Positions 9,399-19,403 of a DNA stretch of 64,000 nt are shown piece by piece (position 1 is the stretch's first letter; the number at the start of each line of letters is the position of its first letter). The position numbers were made by a program, and so were the translations under genes. The stretch is from an uncultured Tessaracoccus sp. (GTDB lineage: Bacteria; Actinomycetota; Actinomycetes; Propionibacteriales; Propionibacteriaceae), in contig NZ_CAMYPD010000004.1 in NCBI RefSeq assembly GCF_947286155.1, positions 5,478-69,477 on the forward strand. Reading direction: 5' to 3'. The notes beneath the pieces were generated by a model. It was not told where the DNA came from, ran no database searches, and was given only the letters and a program-made list of their open reading frames with translations.

Positions 9399-10036
9399 CG
9401 CGTGGGCTCCTTATGCTGTCCGACGGGAACCATGGGAGTGCCAGCGAGGATGTCGCGGGACTGCACGAACGTCGGTCTGCCCGACGCGAGCGTCCATAGC
9501 CGGCCCACCACCCAGTTGATCGGTTCGGCGAGCAACCTGGATAGAAGCTGCATGACGAGCCAACCAGCGATGGTGATGGCCAGCGCCGACCAGCGCCCTA
9601 ATCCGAACACGTGCTGGGTGCCGACCCAGATGATGAGGTAGCTCCACACCTCGAGCAGACGCCCAATCCCGAGCCCGATGTGCGGCATGGCAGTGATGAA
9701 TGCGAACACGTGTGGCCCAAGCGCTAGGAGCGCCACTTCGATGAGCGGGACCAACGGCATGGCGCGCATTAGCACCAGCGATCCGATACACCAGATCATC
9801 GCCGCTTGAATCACATAGAGCGAGACGAGCAGCAGAGCATTCACGAGCACACTCGTGAGGAGTCTGAGACCCGCGATGTGGTTGATCTTGAGCACGGCGA
9901 CGTGCCCGAGCATCGACGACAAACCTGCAAGAAGCGCCACCCAGGCGGCGATCTGCCATGTAAGACTGTCAGGTTGCTGGAAGATCGCCGGGTCGAGTCT
10001 CAACGCAGCAGCCAACGTCGCGAGCACTTCCAGCAC
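9395..10036 (-). CDS. polytopic integral membrane protein (Yip1-like topology)
   Basis: About 5 predicted hydrophobic helices across 213 aa. Translationally coupled to the hydrolase downstream. Confidence 0.45.
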   Translation of the reverse strand: MLEVLATLAAALRLDPAIFQQPDSLTWQIAAWVALLAGLSSMLGHVAVLKINHIAGLRLLTSVLVNALLLVSLYVIQAAMIWCIGSLVLMRAMPLVPLIEVALLALGPHVFAFITAMPHIGLGIGRLLEVWSYLIIWVGTQHVFGLGRWSALAITIAGWLVMQLLSRLLAEPINWVVGRLWTLASGRPTFVQSRDILAGTPMVPVGQHKEPTR

Positions 10037-10080
10037 GCACTCGAGTCTAGCCCCCGCATCCAGACACAGCTGGCGGGGTA

Positions 10081-11238
10081 TCAGGGGCGCGAGTATCGAG
10101 GCGGCAAGTCCAGTTGCTGCAGGGTTTCGGCGACGGCGTGTTCCAGGTTGTGGGCGCCTTCGGCGAGCGCTGTGTCGAGGTCTGTCGCAGGGTTGACGAT
10201 GGGCACGGCGGCGAGCACACCGTCGGGTAGTGGCGTGTTGGCGTCCTGCACGCGCCCAGCGAACATCACGGTAGGCACCCCATGCGCTGCCGCTCGGGTC
10301 GCGACAGCTGCCGGCACCTTCCCAGCAGCCGACTGCGTATCCCAGGTGCCCTCGCCGGTAAGCACGAGCGACGCTCGACTGACCAGCGCGTCAAGTCCGA
10401 CCGCATCCATGATGAACTCAGCACCCGAGCGGATGGTGGCGTTCGTAAACGCAAGCAGACCAGCACCCAGGCCACCCGCAGCACCCGACCCAGGCACGTC
10501 AGGAACACCCTTGCCAACGGCGGGTTCGACGATGTCCGCCCACCGCCCCAGCGCAGCATCCAGCTCCGCGACGGCCTGCGAATCCGCACCTTTCTGCGGC
10601 CCGAAGATGTGGCTGGCGCCATTGGCGCCGAGCAGGGGGTTCGTCACATCACTCGCGATGGTGATGCGCACGTCTCGAAGCCGAGGATCGATACGTTCGG
10701 TATCGACGGCGGCCAGCCTCGCGAGCGCCGCACCGCCGGGCGGCAACGGCGCGCCATGCTCGTCGAGGAACCGCACACCCAGCGCGGCGAACATGCCCGC
10801 GCCGGCATCATTCGTAGCACTGCCACCCAACCCGACGAGGATCTCGTCGACACCCAAATCCAGCGCCGCAAGAAACAGCTCGCCCACCCCAAAGGAGGTG
10901 GCGCGCCGCGCGTCGCGCTCGTCGCGTTTGAGCAGCTCCAAACCGGCCGCAGCCGCCATCTCCACGACGGCCAACCGCCGCTCAGGCACGTGCACGATGT
11001 TGGCGACGATAGGCCGACCCAGCGCATCGTGGCACCGCACCTCAACGAACTCCCCGCCCAGCGCCAAGCGCAAGGCCTCCCCCGTGCCCTCACCACCGTC
11101 GGCCAGCGGTACCAGCACCGGATCACACGAACCCAACGCGCGCCGAACACCCCGCTCCATCGCCCCAGCCGCTTCCGCAGCCGTCATCGACTCCTTAAAC
11201 GAATCAGGTGCACAAACGATCAACGATGGTCGCTCCAT
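10081..11238 (-). CDS. glxK: glycerate kinase
   Basis: GlxK/GarK family throughout (CAPDSFKESMTAAEAAGAMERG...GGSATNDAGAGM...GAAGGLGAG). Confidence 0.85.
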   Translation of the reverse strand: MERPSLIVCAPDSFKESMTAAEAAGAMERGVRRALGSCDPVLVPLADGGEGTGEALRLALGGEFVEVRCHDALGRPIVANIVHVPERRLAVVEMAAAAGLELLKRDERDARRATSFGVGELFLAALDLGVDEILVGLGGSATNDAGAGMFAALGVRFLDEHGAPLPPGGAALARLAAVDTERIDPRLRDVRITIASDVTNPLLGANGASHIFGPQKGADSQAVAELDAALGRWADIVEPAVGKGVPDVPGSGAAGGLGAGLLAFTNATIRSGAEFIMDAVGLDALVSRASLVLTGEGTWDTQSAAGKVPAAVATRAAAHGVPTVMFAGRVQDANTPLPDGVLAAVPIVNPATDLDTALAEGAHNLEHAVAETLQQLDLPPRYSRP

Positions 11239-11264
11239 ACGAAGGAGTGTACGCGGCAGCCTCC

Positions 11265-12305
11265 TCAGGGCTTATCGGGGTGCTCCACCGTCGGAGCCTG
11301 CACGTCGATCGATTCGCCGTCGAACGTCACCTTCGACAACCACAGTTGGCGCCCGCTTACTTCGTCGCCGACCTCACCCGGAACCCAAGCGTGGTAGGCG
11401 ATCCACCACTGACCATTGGCTTCGACAAACTGGCAGTGGCCAGGGCCGGCCGCGACGTCGTTGGCCATCATCACCGGCTCCGGATCCTTGCGCCACGTCC
11501 CATCCGGAGCATCCGCGACGGCGTGCCCCATCGCGTAGTCCTCCGAGCCGTAGTCATTCGCGGAGTACAGCATGTGGAACACACCGTCGACCTCGACCAC
11601 CGCAGGCCCCTCGACCAGGTTGCCTTCCCAGTCTTCCGTCTGCTTGAAGAGGTTCTTCGTTTCGCCCTCTATCCTTTGGCCGTCGTCGGACAGCTTGGCT
11701 ACCTTGATCCAGGTATCGACGCCGATGGCGTTGCCGTCGTTCTTCCAGAACAGCCATTTGGACCCATCAGAGGCGATGAACGGCGAAGCATCGATAGAAC
11801 CGCCCTCCTCGACTTCACAGATGATGGGTTCCTCGGAAGTGTCTTCGTACGGCCCTGCGGCTTGCTCCGACGTGGCAACTCCGATGCACTGCCACTGCGG
11901 GTCTGGCGCCTTGGTGGTGTAGTACATGCGGTAGGTGCCGTCGTCCCACTCGATGGCCTCGGGGGCCCAGACTTTGCCCGCGCTCGTCCACGAGGCCAAT
12001 GTGGGCATGGCGTCGACCGACTGCGACCAGTCGACCATGTCCGGGCTGGTGAGCACCTGGACGTTCATACCGTTGCCGTTGGTGGCGATGGCGATATACC
12101 CGTCGTCGGTATTCAAGATCTGCGGATCCGGAAAATTGTGCGCGTAGACCGGGTTCGTGAATCCCATCTGCTCTTCCTTAGCTGTCTGTGCTAACGACTC
12201 GCTCGCTTGCGGTGTGACCGGGGAGCCTTCAGCACTGCCGTCCGCCCCACAGCCTGCAAGGACGAGTGCGGCGACGGCAGCGACCGTCAGGAGTTTGCGC
12301 ATCAT
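11265..12305 (-). CDS. glycoside hydrolase family 43 lipoprotein (arabinanase/arabinofuranosidase-like)
   Basis: Lipobox MMRKLLTVAAVAALVLAGCG, then a GH43 five-bladed propeller (FTNPVYAHNFPDPQI...VWAPE...EGPAVV). Start refined inside track ORF 11265..12428. Confidence 0.8.
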   Translation of the reverse strand: MMRKLLTVAAVAALVLAGCGADGSAEGSPVTPQASESLAQTAKEEQMGFTNPVYAHNFPDPQILNTDDGYIAIATNGNGMNVQVLTSPDMVDWSQSVDAMPTLASWTSAGKVWAPEAIEWDDGTYRMYYTTKAPDPQWQCIGVATSEQAAGPYEDTSEEPIICEVEEGGSIDASPFIASDGSKWLFWKNDGNAIGVDTWIKVAKLSDDGQRIEGETKNLFKQTEDWEGNLVEGPAVVEVDGVFHMLYSANDYGSEDYAMGHAVADAPDGTWRKDPEPVMMANDVAAGPGHCQFVEANGQWWIAYHAWVPGEVGDEVSGRQLWLSKVTFDGESIDVQAPTVEHPDKP

Positions 12306-14539
12306 TCGTCCTCCGGCCAGGTGGCCTCGGACATCGAGACCCAGTGGAACTCCGCGGCGGCCTCGGGCTGGGCGCCGCCACCGGCGTGGAGGCCCACGAG
12401 CGGCGAGGTGCCCTCGTCGAGCACCCAAGTGGCGCCCCAGATCCAGGTCTCGCCGCCGTCGCGGCTGATCGCGGAGCGGTACAGGTGCTCACCTGCATCG
12501 TTCATGTGGTGCGCGAGCCGCATGCGCATCGTGGGGGCAGTGGGACCGACGATCGCTCCGCCGAAGATGGTGCGGTCGTCGTCCTCGGCCACCCGGTGCT
12601 CCCGGCCGAACTCGACCGTACGGGTGCCCCAGATCGCCACGGCGGACAGTCGGGCGAAGTCATCGTCGTCGTTGTAAGCGATGAGGCCGGCCTGCTGGTG
12701 GTTGCGGACGTCGTCCTCGCCGAGATCGAGCGTGAACTCGGTCTCGATGATCCAGTCGCCCTCGCCAGCCTCGGTAAGCAGCAGCGGGGCGGAGTTGTTG
12801 GCCTCGGCGAGATCCACGGCGCGCAGCGGCCAGTGCAGGCTGCCGTCGCGCACCTCGACTGCCTCGTCCTCGCGGACCCACTGCCAGCGATCCGAGACGC
12901 CGCACGTGAAGTCCTCCCGCCACAGCTCGGCGGTGGGCTCGGGCTGCGGGGCGAGCTCCGTGGGCTCGACGGCGGGCTTGGCCACCTTCACGTTGTCGAC
13001 GAGCCCGGCACCCTTGATGGACAGCGGACGCGCCTCGCGCTTGAGGTTCTTGGCCGTGAGGCTCACGTGCGAGCTGGCATTGGACTGCCCGCCCTCGCTG
13101 ACCTCAGCCACCACTTCGTCGCCGCGCACGGTGACCGTGACGCGTCGCCAGCCGTCGGTGGCGCGCAGGGCGGTCTCGCCGTGGTCGCCTCGGGCCTTCA
13201 CGCGGAAGTTCTCCGACGTCGGGTCCAGCGTCGCGGTGAGGCCATGGCCGAGATCCAGGGTCACGGCATCGTCGCCCAGCAGGACGTCGACACTCACTCG
13301 CACATCACCCGCAGGAAGATCCGTGGTGGAGCGGGCGTTGCCCTTGACCACACCGACGTCGCCACCTGCGGGATCGCTGCCCGCGGCCATGTTGCGGAAG
13401 CCGTCCGCGGGAGCCCACGGCGTCGCGTCCAGGAGCGACGCGGTCACGGGTGCGGTCTGCGGGCCCTCGCTCGGGCCGCGGCCGGCGCGCACCTCGGGCC
13501 AGCCGTCGATCCAGTCGACGGGATCGATGAGCATCGGCCGGCGGTTGATGCCGTACGGCTCGGTCAGCCACGGCTCGTCTCGGTCGATCGCGTGGTAGAC
13601 GATCCAGTCCTTGCCGGACGCGTCCGTCATCATCGCGTGGTGTCCGGCGCCGATCCAACGGTTGCCGTTTTGCGTGAGCAACACGGAACCGCCGGTGACG
13701 GAGGCGGTCATGTCGAGTCCTTCCTTGTCCAGGAACGGTCCCCGAGGGGAACGCGAGCGCCCGACGAACACCGAGTACCCCGTCGAGGGTCCGGCGCAGC
13801 AGTTGGCGCTCGATCCGGTGAGGTAGTACCAGCCGTCACGATGCGTCACGTAGGCGGCCTCGTACCGGTCCCAGGCACCGACGAGGTTCGACTCCCCCAC
13901 CGTCTGCAGGCCGGTGTGATCCAGCTCGATGACATGCATGCCACCGAAGTAGTTGCCCCAATAGAGGTAGTTCCTGCCTTCGGTGTCGGTGAAGCCCGCG
14001 GGGTCGATCGTGTTGAGGAATCGTCCGTCGTCACCCTGGCTGGGGGCGATGAGTGGCTCCTCCGTGGGCGTCCACGGTCCCGCCGGCGAGTCAGCCGTGG
14101 CCACGCCGATGGCGGGGTCCCAGTCGTCGGTGTTCAGGGTGGTGTCCGTGACGGTGAAGTACATGACGTACTGACCGTCGATGTAACGCACGTCGGGCGC
14201 CCACAGACCAGCGCTCGACGTCGCCCAGCTCGGTCGGTTGCTCTCGGTGAAGATGGGCCCGAGGTACTCCCACTCGATCCAGTCACGGGTGCGCGCGATG
14301 TGACCGATCCCCGGCGGGTCTCCCGCACGCAGCGGGTCGGCCGTCGCGTAGGCGTAGGTCCAGCCGTCCTGGGCATCAATGACCGCAGGGTCCGCGTAAG
14401 TGTCCGCGAACGGCTGGGACACGGCGTTGGTGTACGTCCCCGGTTCGGCACCGGGGGTGTCGGCGTGTGCGATGGAACCGGCGATGCCGAGCATCAGCGC
14501 TGCGGCGGAGGCTCCGATTCGGTGGTTGATGCGTCGCAT
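12302..14539 (-). CDS. secreted GH43 glycoside hydrolase with C-terminal beta-sandwich/concanavalin-like domains
   Basis: Signal peptide (MRRINHRIGASAAALMLGIAGSIAHA) and a GH43 core (FADTYADPAVI...LWAPDV...). The C-terminal ~350 aa form non-catalytic beta-sandwich modules. Overlaps the downstream GH43 gene by 4 nt. Confidence 0.8.
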   Translation of the reverse strand: MRRINHRIGASAAALMLGIAGSIAHADTPGAEPGTYTNAVSQPFADTYADPAVIDAQDGWTYAYATADPLRAGDPPGIGHIARTRDWIEWEYLGPIFTESNRPSWATSSAGLWAPDVRYIDGQYVMYFTVTDTTLNTDDWDPAIGVATADSPAGPWTPTEEPLIAPSQGDDGRFLNTIDPAGFTDTEGRNYLYWGNYFGGMHVIELDHTGLQTVGESNLVGAWDRYEAAYVTHRDGWYYLTGSSANCCAGPSTGYSVFVGRSRSPRGPFLDKEGLDMTASVTGGSVLLTQNGNRWIGAGHHAMMTDASGKDWIVYHAIDRDEPWLTEPYGINRRPMLIDPVDWIDGWPEVRAGRGPSEGPQTAPVTASLLDATPWAPADGFRNMAAGSDPAGGDVGVVKGNARSTTDLPAGDVRVSVDVLLGDDAVTLDLGHGLTATLDPTSENFRVKARGDHGETALRATDGWRRVTVTVRGDEVVAEVSEGGQSNASSHVSLTAKNLKREARPLSIKGAGLVDNVKVAKPAVEPTELAPQPEPTAELWREDFTCGVSDRWQWVREDEAVEVRDGSLHWPLRAVDLAEANNSAPLLLTEAGEGDWIIETEFTLDLGEDDVRNHQQAGLIAYNDDDDFARLSAVAIWGTRTVEFGREHRVAEDDDRTIFGGAIVGPTAPTMRMRLAHHMNDAGEHLYRSAISRDGGETWIWGATWVLDEGTSPLVGLHAGGGAQPEAAAEFHWVSMSEATWPEDE

Positions 14540-14561
14540 GGGGGTCTCCTTTCGGCGACGG

Positions 14562-15392
14562 TCAGCCCTTCAGGCCGGACGTGGCGACGCCTTCGATGAT
14601 GTAGCGCTGCAGAATGGTGTAAATAATGAGGACGGGCACGGCCGCCAAGCACGCGCCAGCCATGATGACCGGGTAGTCGATGGTGTAGGCGCCCTGCAGC
14701 CGCGACAAGCCGATAGGCAGCGTCAGCATCTCGTCGCTGAACATGACGTAGAGCGGCCAGACGAAGTCGTTCCAGTTCGCCAAGAAGCTCAGAATGAACA
14801 GCGTCAGGGCTGCTCCCCGAACGTTTGGCAACATCACACTAAAGAACGTTCGGAACGGACCGGCACCATCAATACGGGCAGACTCTTCGAGTTCCTTGGG
14901 TACCGCCAGGAAGAACTGGCGCATAAAGAACACACCAAACGCTCCGGCAGCTCCAGGCACGATGAGAGCCTGCAAGCTGTCGAGCCATGCGAGTTTGCTC
15001 ATCAGCTCGAAGTTCGGCATCAAGAATACGAACCCCGGCACAAACATGGTGAGCAGGATGAACCCGAACAGTACGTTCTTGCCCGGCAAGTACAGGCGCG
15101 CCAAGGCGTAGCCAGCCATGGACGCGACGGCAACCACCAGCGTGGCGTGTAGCGTCGCGGCGATCAGCGAGTTCGCGAACCAGCGAAACACGGGCGACGA
15201 GGCATCTTCGAAAAAGAGCCGGTAGTACGCCCGGAGCGTCCACTGTTCGGGGACGATCGTCGGCGGCATCGCGCGACCCTCGAGCGCCGTCTTGAAGCTG
15301 GTGAGGATCATCATCACGATGGGCGCGAAAAAGATGAACGCCAACAGCACGATCATGATCCAGAACAGGATCTTGGAAATGGTGCGACTCAT
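14562..15392 (-). CDS. carbohydrate ABC transporter permease (MalG-like)
   Basis: Six-TM permease with the EAA-loop region (ARIDGAGPFRTFFSVMLP). Confidence 0.85.
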   Translation of the reverse strand: MSRTISKILFWIMIVLLAFIFFAPIVMMILTSFKTALEGRAMPPTIVPEQWTLRAYYRLFFEDASSPVFRWFANSLIAATLHATLVVAVASMAGYALARLYLPGKNVLFGFILLTMFVPGFVFLMPNFELMSKLAWLDSLQALIVPGAAGAFGVFFMRQFFLAVPKELEESARIDGAGPFRTFFSVMLPNVRGAALTLFILSFLANWNDFVWPLYVMFSDEMLTLPIGLSRLQGAYTIDYPVIMAGACLAAVPVLIIYTILQRYIIEGVATSGLKG

Positions 15393-16366
15393 GCGACGCT
15401 CCCCCGCTTCTGCTTGGCCAAGAATGCCTTCTCAGCTGCCTTGGCCTGCTTCCTCTCCCGCGCAGCGTCCTTGTCTCGCACGAGCCAGAAGTTGATGACA
15501 GAGATAATCGCCAAGAAGATGGCCAGAATGTAGCTTTGCGCGGCTGCAGCACCGGCGCGCCCCTGGTTGAAGCCGAGGTCGGTCATGACCATGATGGCTG
15601 TCCTCGTCGATTCAGCCGGGCCACCATTGGTGATCATGTAAGCCTGGCCGAACATGTTGGCACTGGCCAGCGTCGTGGTGATGAGCACGAAGATGAGCAC
15701 TGGCCGCAACCCAGGGATGGTGATGTGGACGAAACGCTTCCAGGCGGTAGCACCGTCGAGTTCTGCAGCCTCGTACTGGGCCTTGGGGATCTCGGCAAGG
15801 CCGGCCATGTAGATGACGGCGTTAAACCCCACCGTCCACCACACTGTGACGCCGACGAGAGAAATCCATGCCCACGGCTGGTCGGTCGTCCACTGGATCT
15901 CGACTCCGAGTAGGGCGTTGACCAGACCGAAGTTGCCGTCGAGCAGGTAACTCCACAGCACACCGATCACAGAGACGCCCAGGACGTACGGGGCGAAGAA
16001 CGCCGCCCGGAAGAACGTGCGTCCGGGGAACTTTCGGTGGAGCAGCAGCGCCAGCCCCAGCGGAACGGTAAGGAGGAACGGAACGCTGATCACCGTGAAG
16101 ATCAGCGTATTCTTCATGCCGTTCCAAAACGGCTGCGCCGTGAGCGACTCTCCGTCGAAGAGATCAGCGTAGTTTTGCAGACCAACGAAGGGGCGGCCAG
16201 GCAAGCTGAAGTCCCACTCGTGCAACGAGATCCACAGGCCGTAAATAGCCGGCACGATGATGAACATCGTGAACAGCACCAGATACGGCGCGAGGAAAGC
16301 AATTGCCACCCAGGGCGAACCGTGTACCCGGCTCGCCCTGGGATGCTTCGATCGGGATCGAGACAT
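15389..16366 (-). CDS. carbohydrate ABC transporter permease (MalF-like)
   Basis: Permease with an EAAELDGATAWKRF loop. Overlaps its neighbour by 4 nt. Confidence 0.85.
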   Translation of the reverse strand: MSRSRSKHPRASRVHGSPWVAIAFLAPYLVLFTMFIIVPAIYGLWISLHEWDFSLPGRPFVGLQNYADLFDGESLTAQPFWNGMKNTLIFTVISVPFLLTVPLGLALLLHRKFPGRTFFRAAFFAPYVLGVSVIGVLWSYLLDGNFGLVNALLGVEIQWTTDQPWAWISLVGVTVWWTVGFNAVIYMAGLAEIPKAQYEAAELDGATAWKRFVHITIPGLRPVLIFVLITTTLASANMFGQAYMITNGGPAESTRTAIMVMTDLGFNQGRAGAAAAQSYILAIFLAIISVINFWLVRDKDAARERKQAKAAEKAFLAKQKRGSVA

Positions 16367-17703
16367 TAGCCTTCGTACTTCTTCCGGTTCGCCTCAAGGA
16401 GCTTGTTCGCACGGCTCACCGACGCATCCAGCTCCGACTTCAAATCCTTGCCACCAAGCATCACGTTGTTGAGCGCCTTGTCGAACTCGGCGCCAACGTC
16501 GCCAATGCCTGGGATGGTGGGCGGGAAGTGCAGCACATCGATCTGCTCGGCGAACTTCGGCTGGTGTTCGAGCTTCTTGAACTCTTCGGACTCACGCACC
16601 TCGTTACGGGCAGGCACCTGGCCGCCCTTCGCCCATTCGACGGACTGTTCGGAGACGTAGTTCAAGAACACACGCGAAGCCTGCTGCTTATTCTCATCTG
16701 GCTTGTTCTGCACGGGCAGCGCCATCTGGTGGGAGCTCGACCACGCGGCATCCTGACCGCCGATGTTCGGGAGTCGGACCACGTCCCACTCCAGGTCTTT
16801 CTTCTCGCCGAGAGTGTTGATCGCCCAGATGCCGTTCCAGTTGAAGGCGCACTCGCCGTTTTGCAGAGCAATGAAGTCGGCGTCTTGGGCTACCTTCGAC
16901 GGGCTGTGCCCATCCTTCACAAGGCCTAGCCACCACTCGAACGCCTTCACTGCCTCGGGCGAGTTCCACGTCGCCTCCGTGGCGTCGTCGTTGTACATGG
17001 AGCCGCCGAACTGGTAGATGAGCGATTGCATCGACTGGCCACCCGTGAACAAGTGCGGACTTGCCCAGTGACCCTTGATGCCCTTGCCCTTCAGTTTGTC
17101 GAGCGCGTCCATGTAGGCGTCGAAGGTCATTGGCGGCTGCTCGGGGTCGAGTCCGACCTTCTCCATGACGGCCTTGTTGTAGAAGAACCCGAGCGGGTGC
17201 ACATCGAGCGGCAGTGCGTAGCGCTTGTCTTTGTAGATACCTGCTTGCCAAGGAACCTCAGCGAAGTCGTCGCCCTTGAGATCGAGTGCCTTCGCGACGT
17301 CGTCGAGCGGCTGGATCACGTTTCTAGCAGCGTTCGTAGCGACGGAGTCGACGTGCATCACACAGATGTCGGGGCCCTTACCAGAAGACACCGCGGTGGG
17401 AAGCTTCGTGTAGAAGTCAGACCACTGCATGGTGTTGAACTCAACCTTGATGTTGTCGTGCTCTTTGTGGAATGCGTCGACAATCTTCTTCATGTAGGCG
17501 CCGTCACCGCCGGTGAACCCGTTCCAGAACGCGAGCGTGACAGCGGGGCCGTCGTATCCGCCCTTGCCGCCGTCGCCGCTGGCTTCGTTATTGCCGCCGC
17601 CTTGGTCCGTCGCAGATTTACCGCCGCCACAAGCGGAGAGCCCACCGAGAGCGAGCGCGCCGGCAGAGACGCCAAGCAGGTTTCGTCGAGACATGGTTCG
17701 CAT
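16366..17703 (-). CDS. extracellular solute-binding lipoprotein of sugar ABC transporter
   Basis: MRTMSRRNLLGVSAGALALGGLSACGG lipobox and an SBP family 1 fold. Start refined inside track ORF 16366..17790. Confidence 0.85.
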   Translation of the reverse strand: MRTMSRRNLLGVSAGALALGGLSACGGGKSATDQGGGNNEASGDGGKGGYDGPAVTLAFWNGFTGGDGAYMKKIVDAFHKEHDNIKVEFNTMQWSDFYTKLPTAVSSGKGPDICVMHVDSVATNAARNVIQPLDDVAKALDLKGDDFAEVPWQAGIYKDKRYALPLDVHPLGFFYNKAVMEKVGLDPEQPPMTFDAYMDALDKLKGKGIKGHWASPHLFTGGQSMQSLIYQFGGSMYNDDATEATWNSPEAVKAFEWWLGLVKDGHSPSKVAQDADFIALQNGECAFNWNGIWAINTLGEKKDLEWDVVRLPNIGGQDAAWSSSHQMALPVQNKPDENKQQASRVFLNYVSEQSVEWAKGGQVPARNEVRESEEFKKLEHQPKFAEQIDVLHFPPTIPGIGDVGAEFDKALNNVMLGGKDLKSELDASVSRANKLLEANRKKYEG

Positions 17704-17723
17704 GATGTGTTTCCTTTCGGTTC

Positions 17724-19229
17724 TCAGCGTTGAGAGGTTTGTAGTCGGATGCAGTGCCAGGACACCGCCGGAAGATCCGCCGTGAGGCATCCGCCTTCGA
17801 CGCGCGCCTCACCCATGCGGGGCTGCACCGCGTCGGGATGCTCCTGGTCGTTGACGATGCTGTGGTCATCTTCGTGAAGGAGCAGATGCTCCACGAGTGT
17901 GACGTCACCTAGTGCGGAGAAGTCGAGATTCAGCTCGCAGGCATCGTCGAGGCTCCGGTTCACGACGAAGAGTGCAAGCTCGCCATCGTCGTCGAGCGTG
18001 GCGGTTGCCCAGAGCTGCGGAACCTCGCCGTATGCCGGGGTGTCGATGATGGGCGACTCCATCGCGATGTCGAGCACCGTGCCCTTGGCGTACTTACTCG
18101 TGAGCGCGAACGGGTAGAAGATGGTCTGCCGCCACGCGGGACCGCCCGGCTCGGAGCGAATGGGTGCGATGATGTTGGCGAGCTGCGCCTGACAAGCCAT
18201 ACCTACGTCACGGCTGCGGTTCACGAGCGTGATGAGGAACGACCCGACGACCACCGCGTCGAGCACGGAGTATGTGTCTTCGATGAGGCGCGGGGCGTGC
18301 TGGATCTCGATGGAGTTCTCGCCGCCGAAGCGCGACTGGTACCAGACGTTCCATTCGTCGAAGCTCACCGTGATGCGCTTGGTGGACTGCTTCACCGCAG
18401 CAACGTGGTCAGCAGTAGCACGAACGGATGCGATGAAACGATCCATGTCTTCCGCGGCACACAGGAAGCTCACCACGTCGCCTTCAATGGGCTCGTAGTA
18501 GGCGTGTGCGCTGATGTTTGAGACGTAGTCGAAGGTGTGTTCGAGCACTTCTCGTTCCCAGGTGCCGAAGGTTGGCATCTGACGATTGGACGATCCACAG
18601 GCGACGAGTTCGAGAGTGTCGTCGAAGCGGTGGAAGACGTTGGCCACTTCCTGGCTGAGCCTCGCGTATTCGTGGGCTGTCTTGTGACCTACCTGCCACG
18701 GGCCATCCATTTCGTTGCCCAGGCACCATATGCCAACGTTCCACGGCCGCTCGTATCCGTGGGCGACACGACGGTCGGCAAGCTCAGTACCTTGCTCTCC
18801 ATTGACGTACTCGAGATATTCCATGGCTTCGGCCATGCCGCGTGAACCGAGGTTCACCGCCAGCATGGGCTCGATGCCCATGCGCTCGCACCACGCAAGG
18901 AACTCGTTGGTGCCCACCTCATTGGGCTCGATGGAGCGCCAACCGTAGTCAAGGCGGGTGGGGCGCTCTTCCTTCGGCCCTACGCCGTCTTCCCAACGGT
19001 AGCCCGAGACGAAGTTTCCGCCCGGATAACGAACGAGAGTGACTCCCATTTCTCGCACCAACTCGGCGACGTCCTTACGGAACCCGTGTTCGTCGGCCGA
19101 TGGGTGGTCTGGCTCAAAAATTCCTGTGTAAACGCACCGCCCCATGTGCTCGACAAACGACCCGAATACGCGTGGGTTCACTGGCCCGTGATGCCAAGCC
19201 GGATGAATCACGGCGTTCGCCTTGCCCAT
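17724..19229 (-). CDS. abfA: alpha-L-arabinofuranosidase, GH51
   Basis: GH51 signature (RYPGGNFVSGYRWEDGVGP...GNEMDGPWQ...DEWNVWY). Start refined to MGKANAVIHPAW. Confidence 0.85.
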   Translation of the reverse strand: MGKANAVIHPAWHHGPVNPRVFGSFVEHMGRCVYTGIFEPDHPSADEHGFRKDVAELVREMGVTLVRYPGGNFVSGYRWEDGVGPKEERPTRLDYGWRSIEPNEVGTNEFLAWCERMGIEPMLAVNLGSRGMAEAMEYLEYVNGEQGTELADRRVAHGYERPWNVGIWCLGNEMDGPWQVGHKTAHEYARLSQEVANVFHRFDDTLELVACGSSNRQMPTFGTWEREVLEHTFDYVSNISAHAYYEPIEGDVVSFLCAAEDMDRFIASVRATADHVAAVKQSTKRITVSFDEWNVWYQSRFGGENSIEIQHAPRLIEDTYSVLDAVVVGSFLITLVNRSRDVGMACQAQLANIIAPIRSEPGGPAWRQTIFYPFALTSKYAKGTVLDIAMESPIIDTPAYGEVPQLWATATLDDDGELALFVVNRSLDDACELNLDFSALGDVTLVEHLLLHEDDHSIVNDQEHPDAVQPRMGEARVEGGCLTADLPAVSWHCIRLQTSQR

Positions 19230-19403
19230 ATAAAGCCACTCCTTCGTGCTTCGCAACTCTGCGGTTACAACGGGAGCAAATCCCGGATGCACGCAATATT
19301 ACAACGGAGGTAAACTCGGCACAAGAGGGCATCATGAATGTTCACAAAGCAGTGGACTAGGCCCTTGTCAGGCACAAGAATGAGTCAGAATAGGATTGGT
19401 CGC

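Noticed and set aside
9806-11647. 613-aa plus-strand ORF
   Set aside because: Low-complexity Ser/Arg/Pro-rich sequence antisense to the glycerate kinase and GH43 genes, with no domain signal.
12266-14599. 777-aa plus-strand ORF
   Set aside because: Antisense to the large secreted GH43 gene. The product is Gly/Arg/Val-rich with no motifs.
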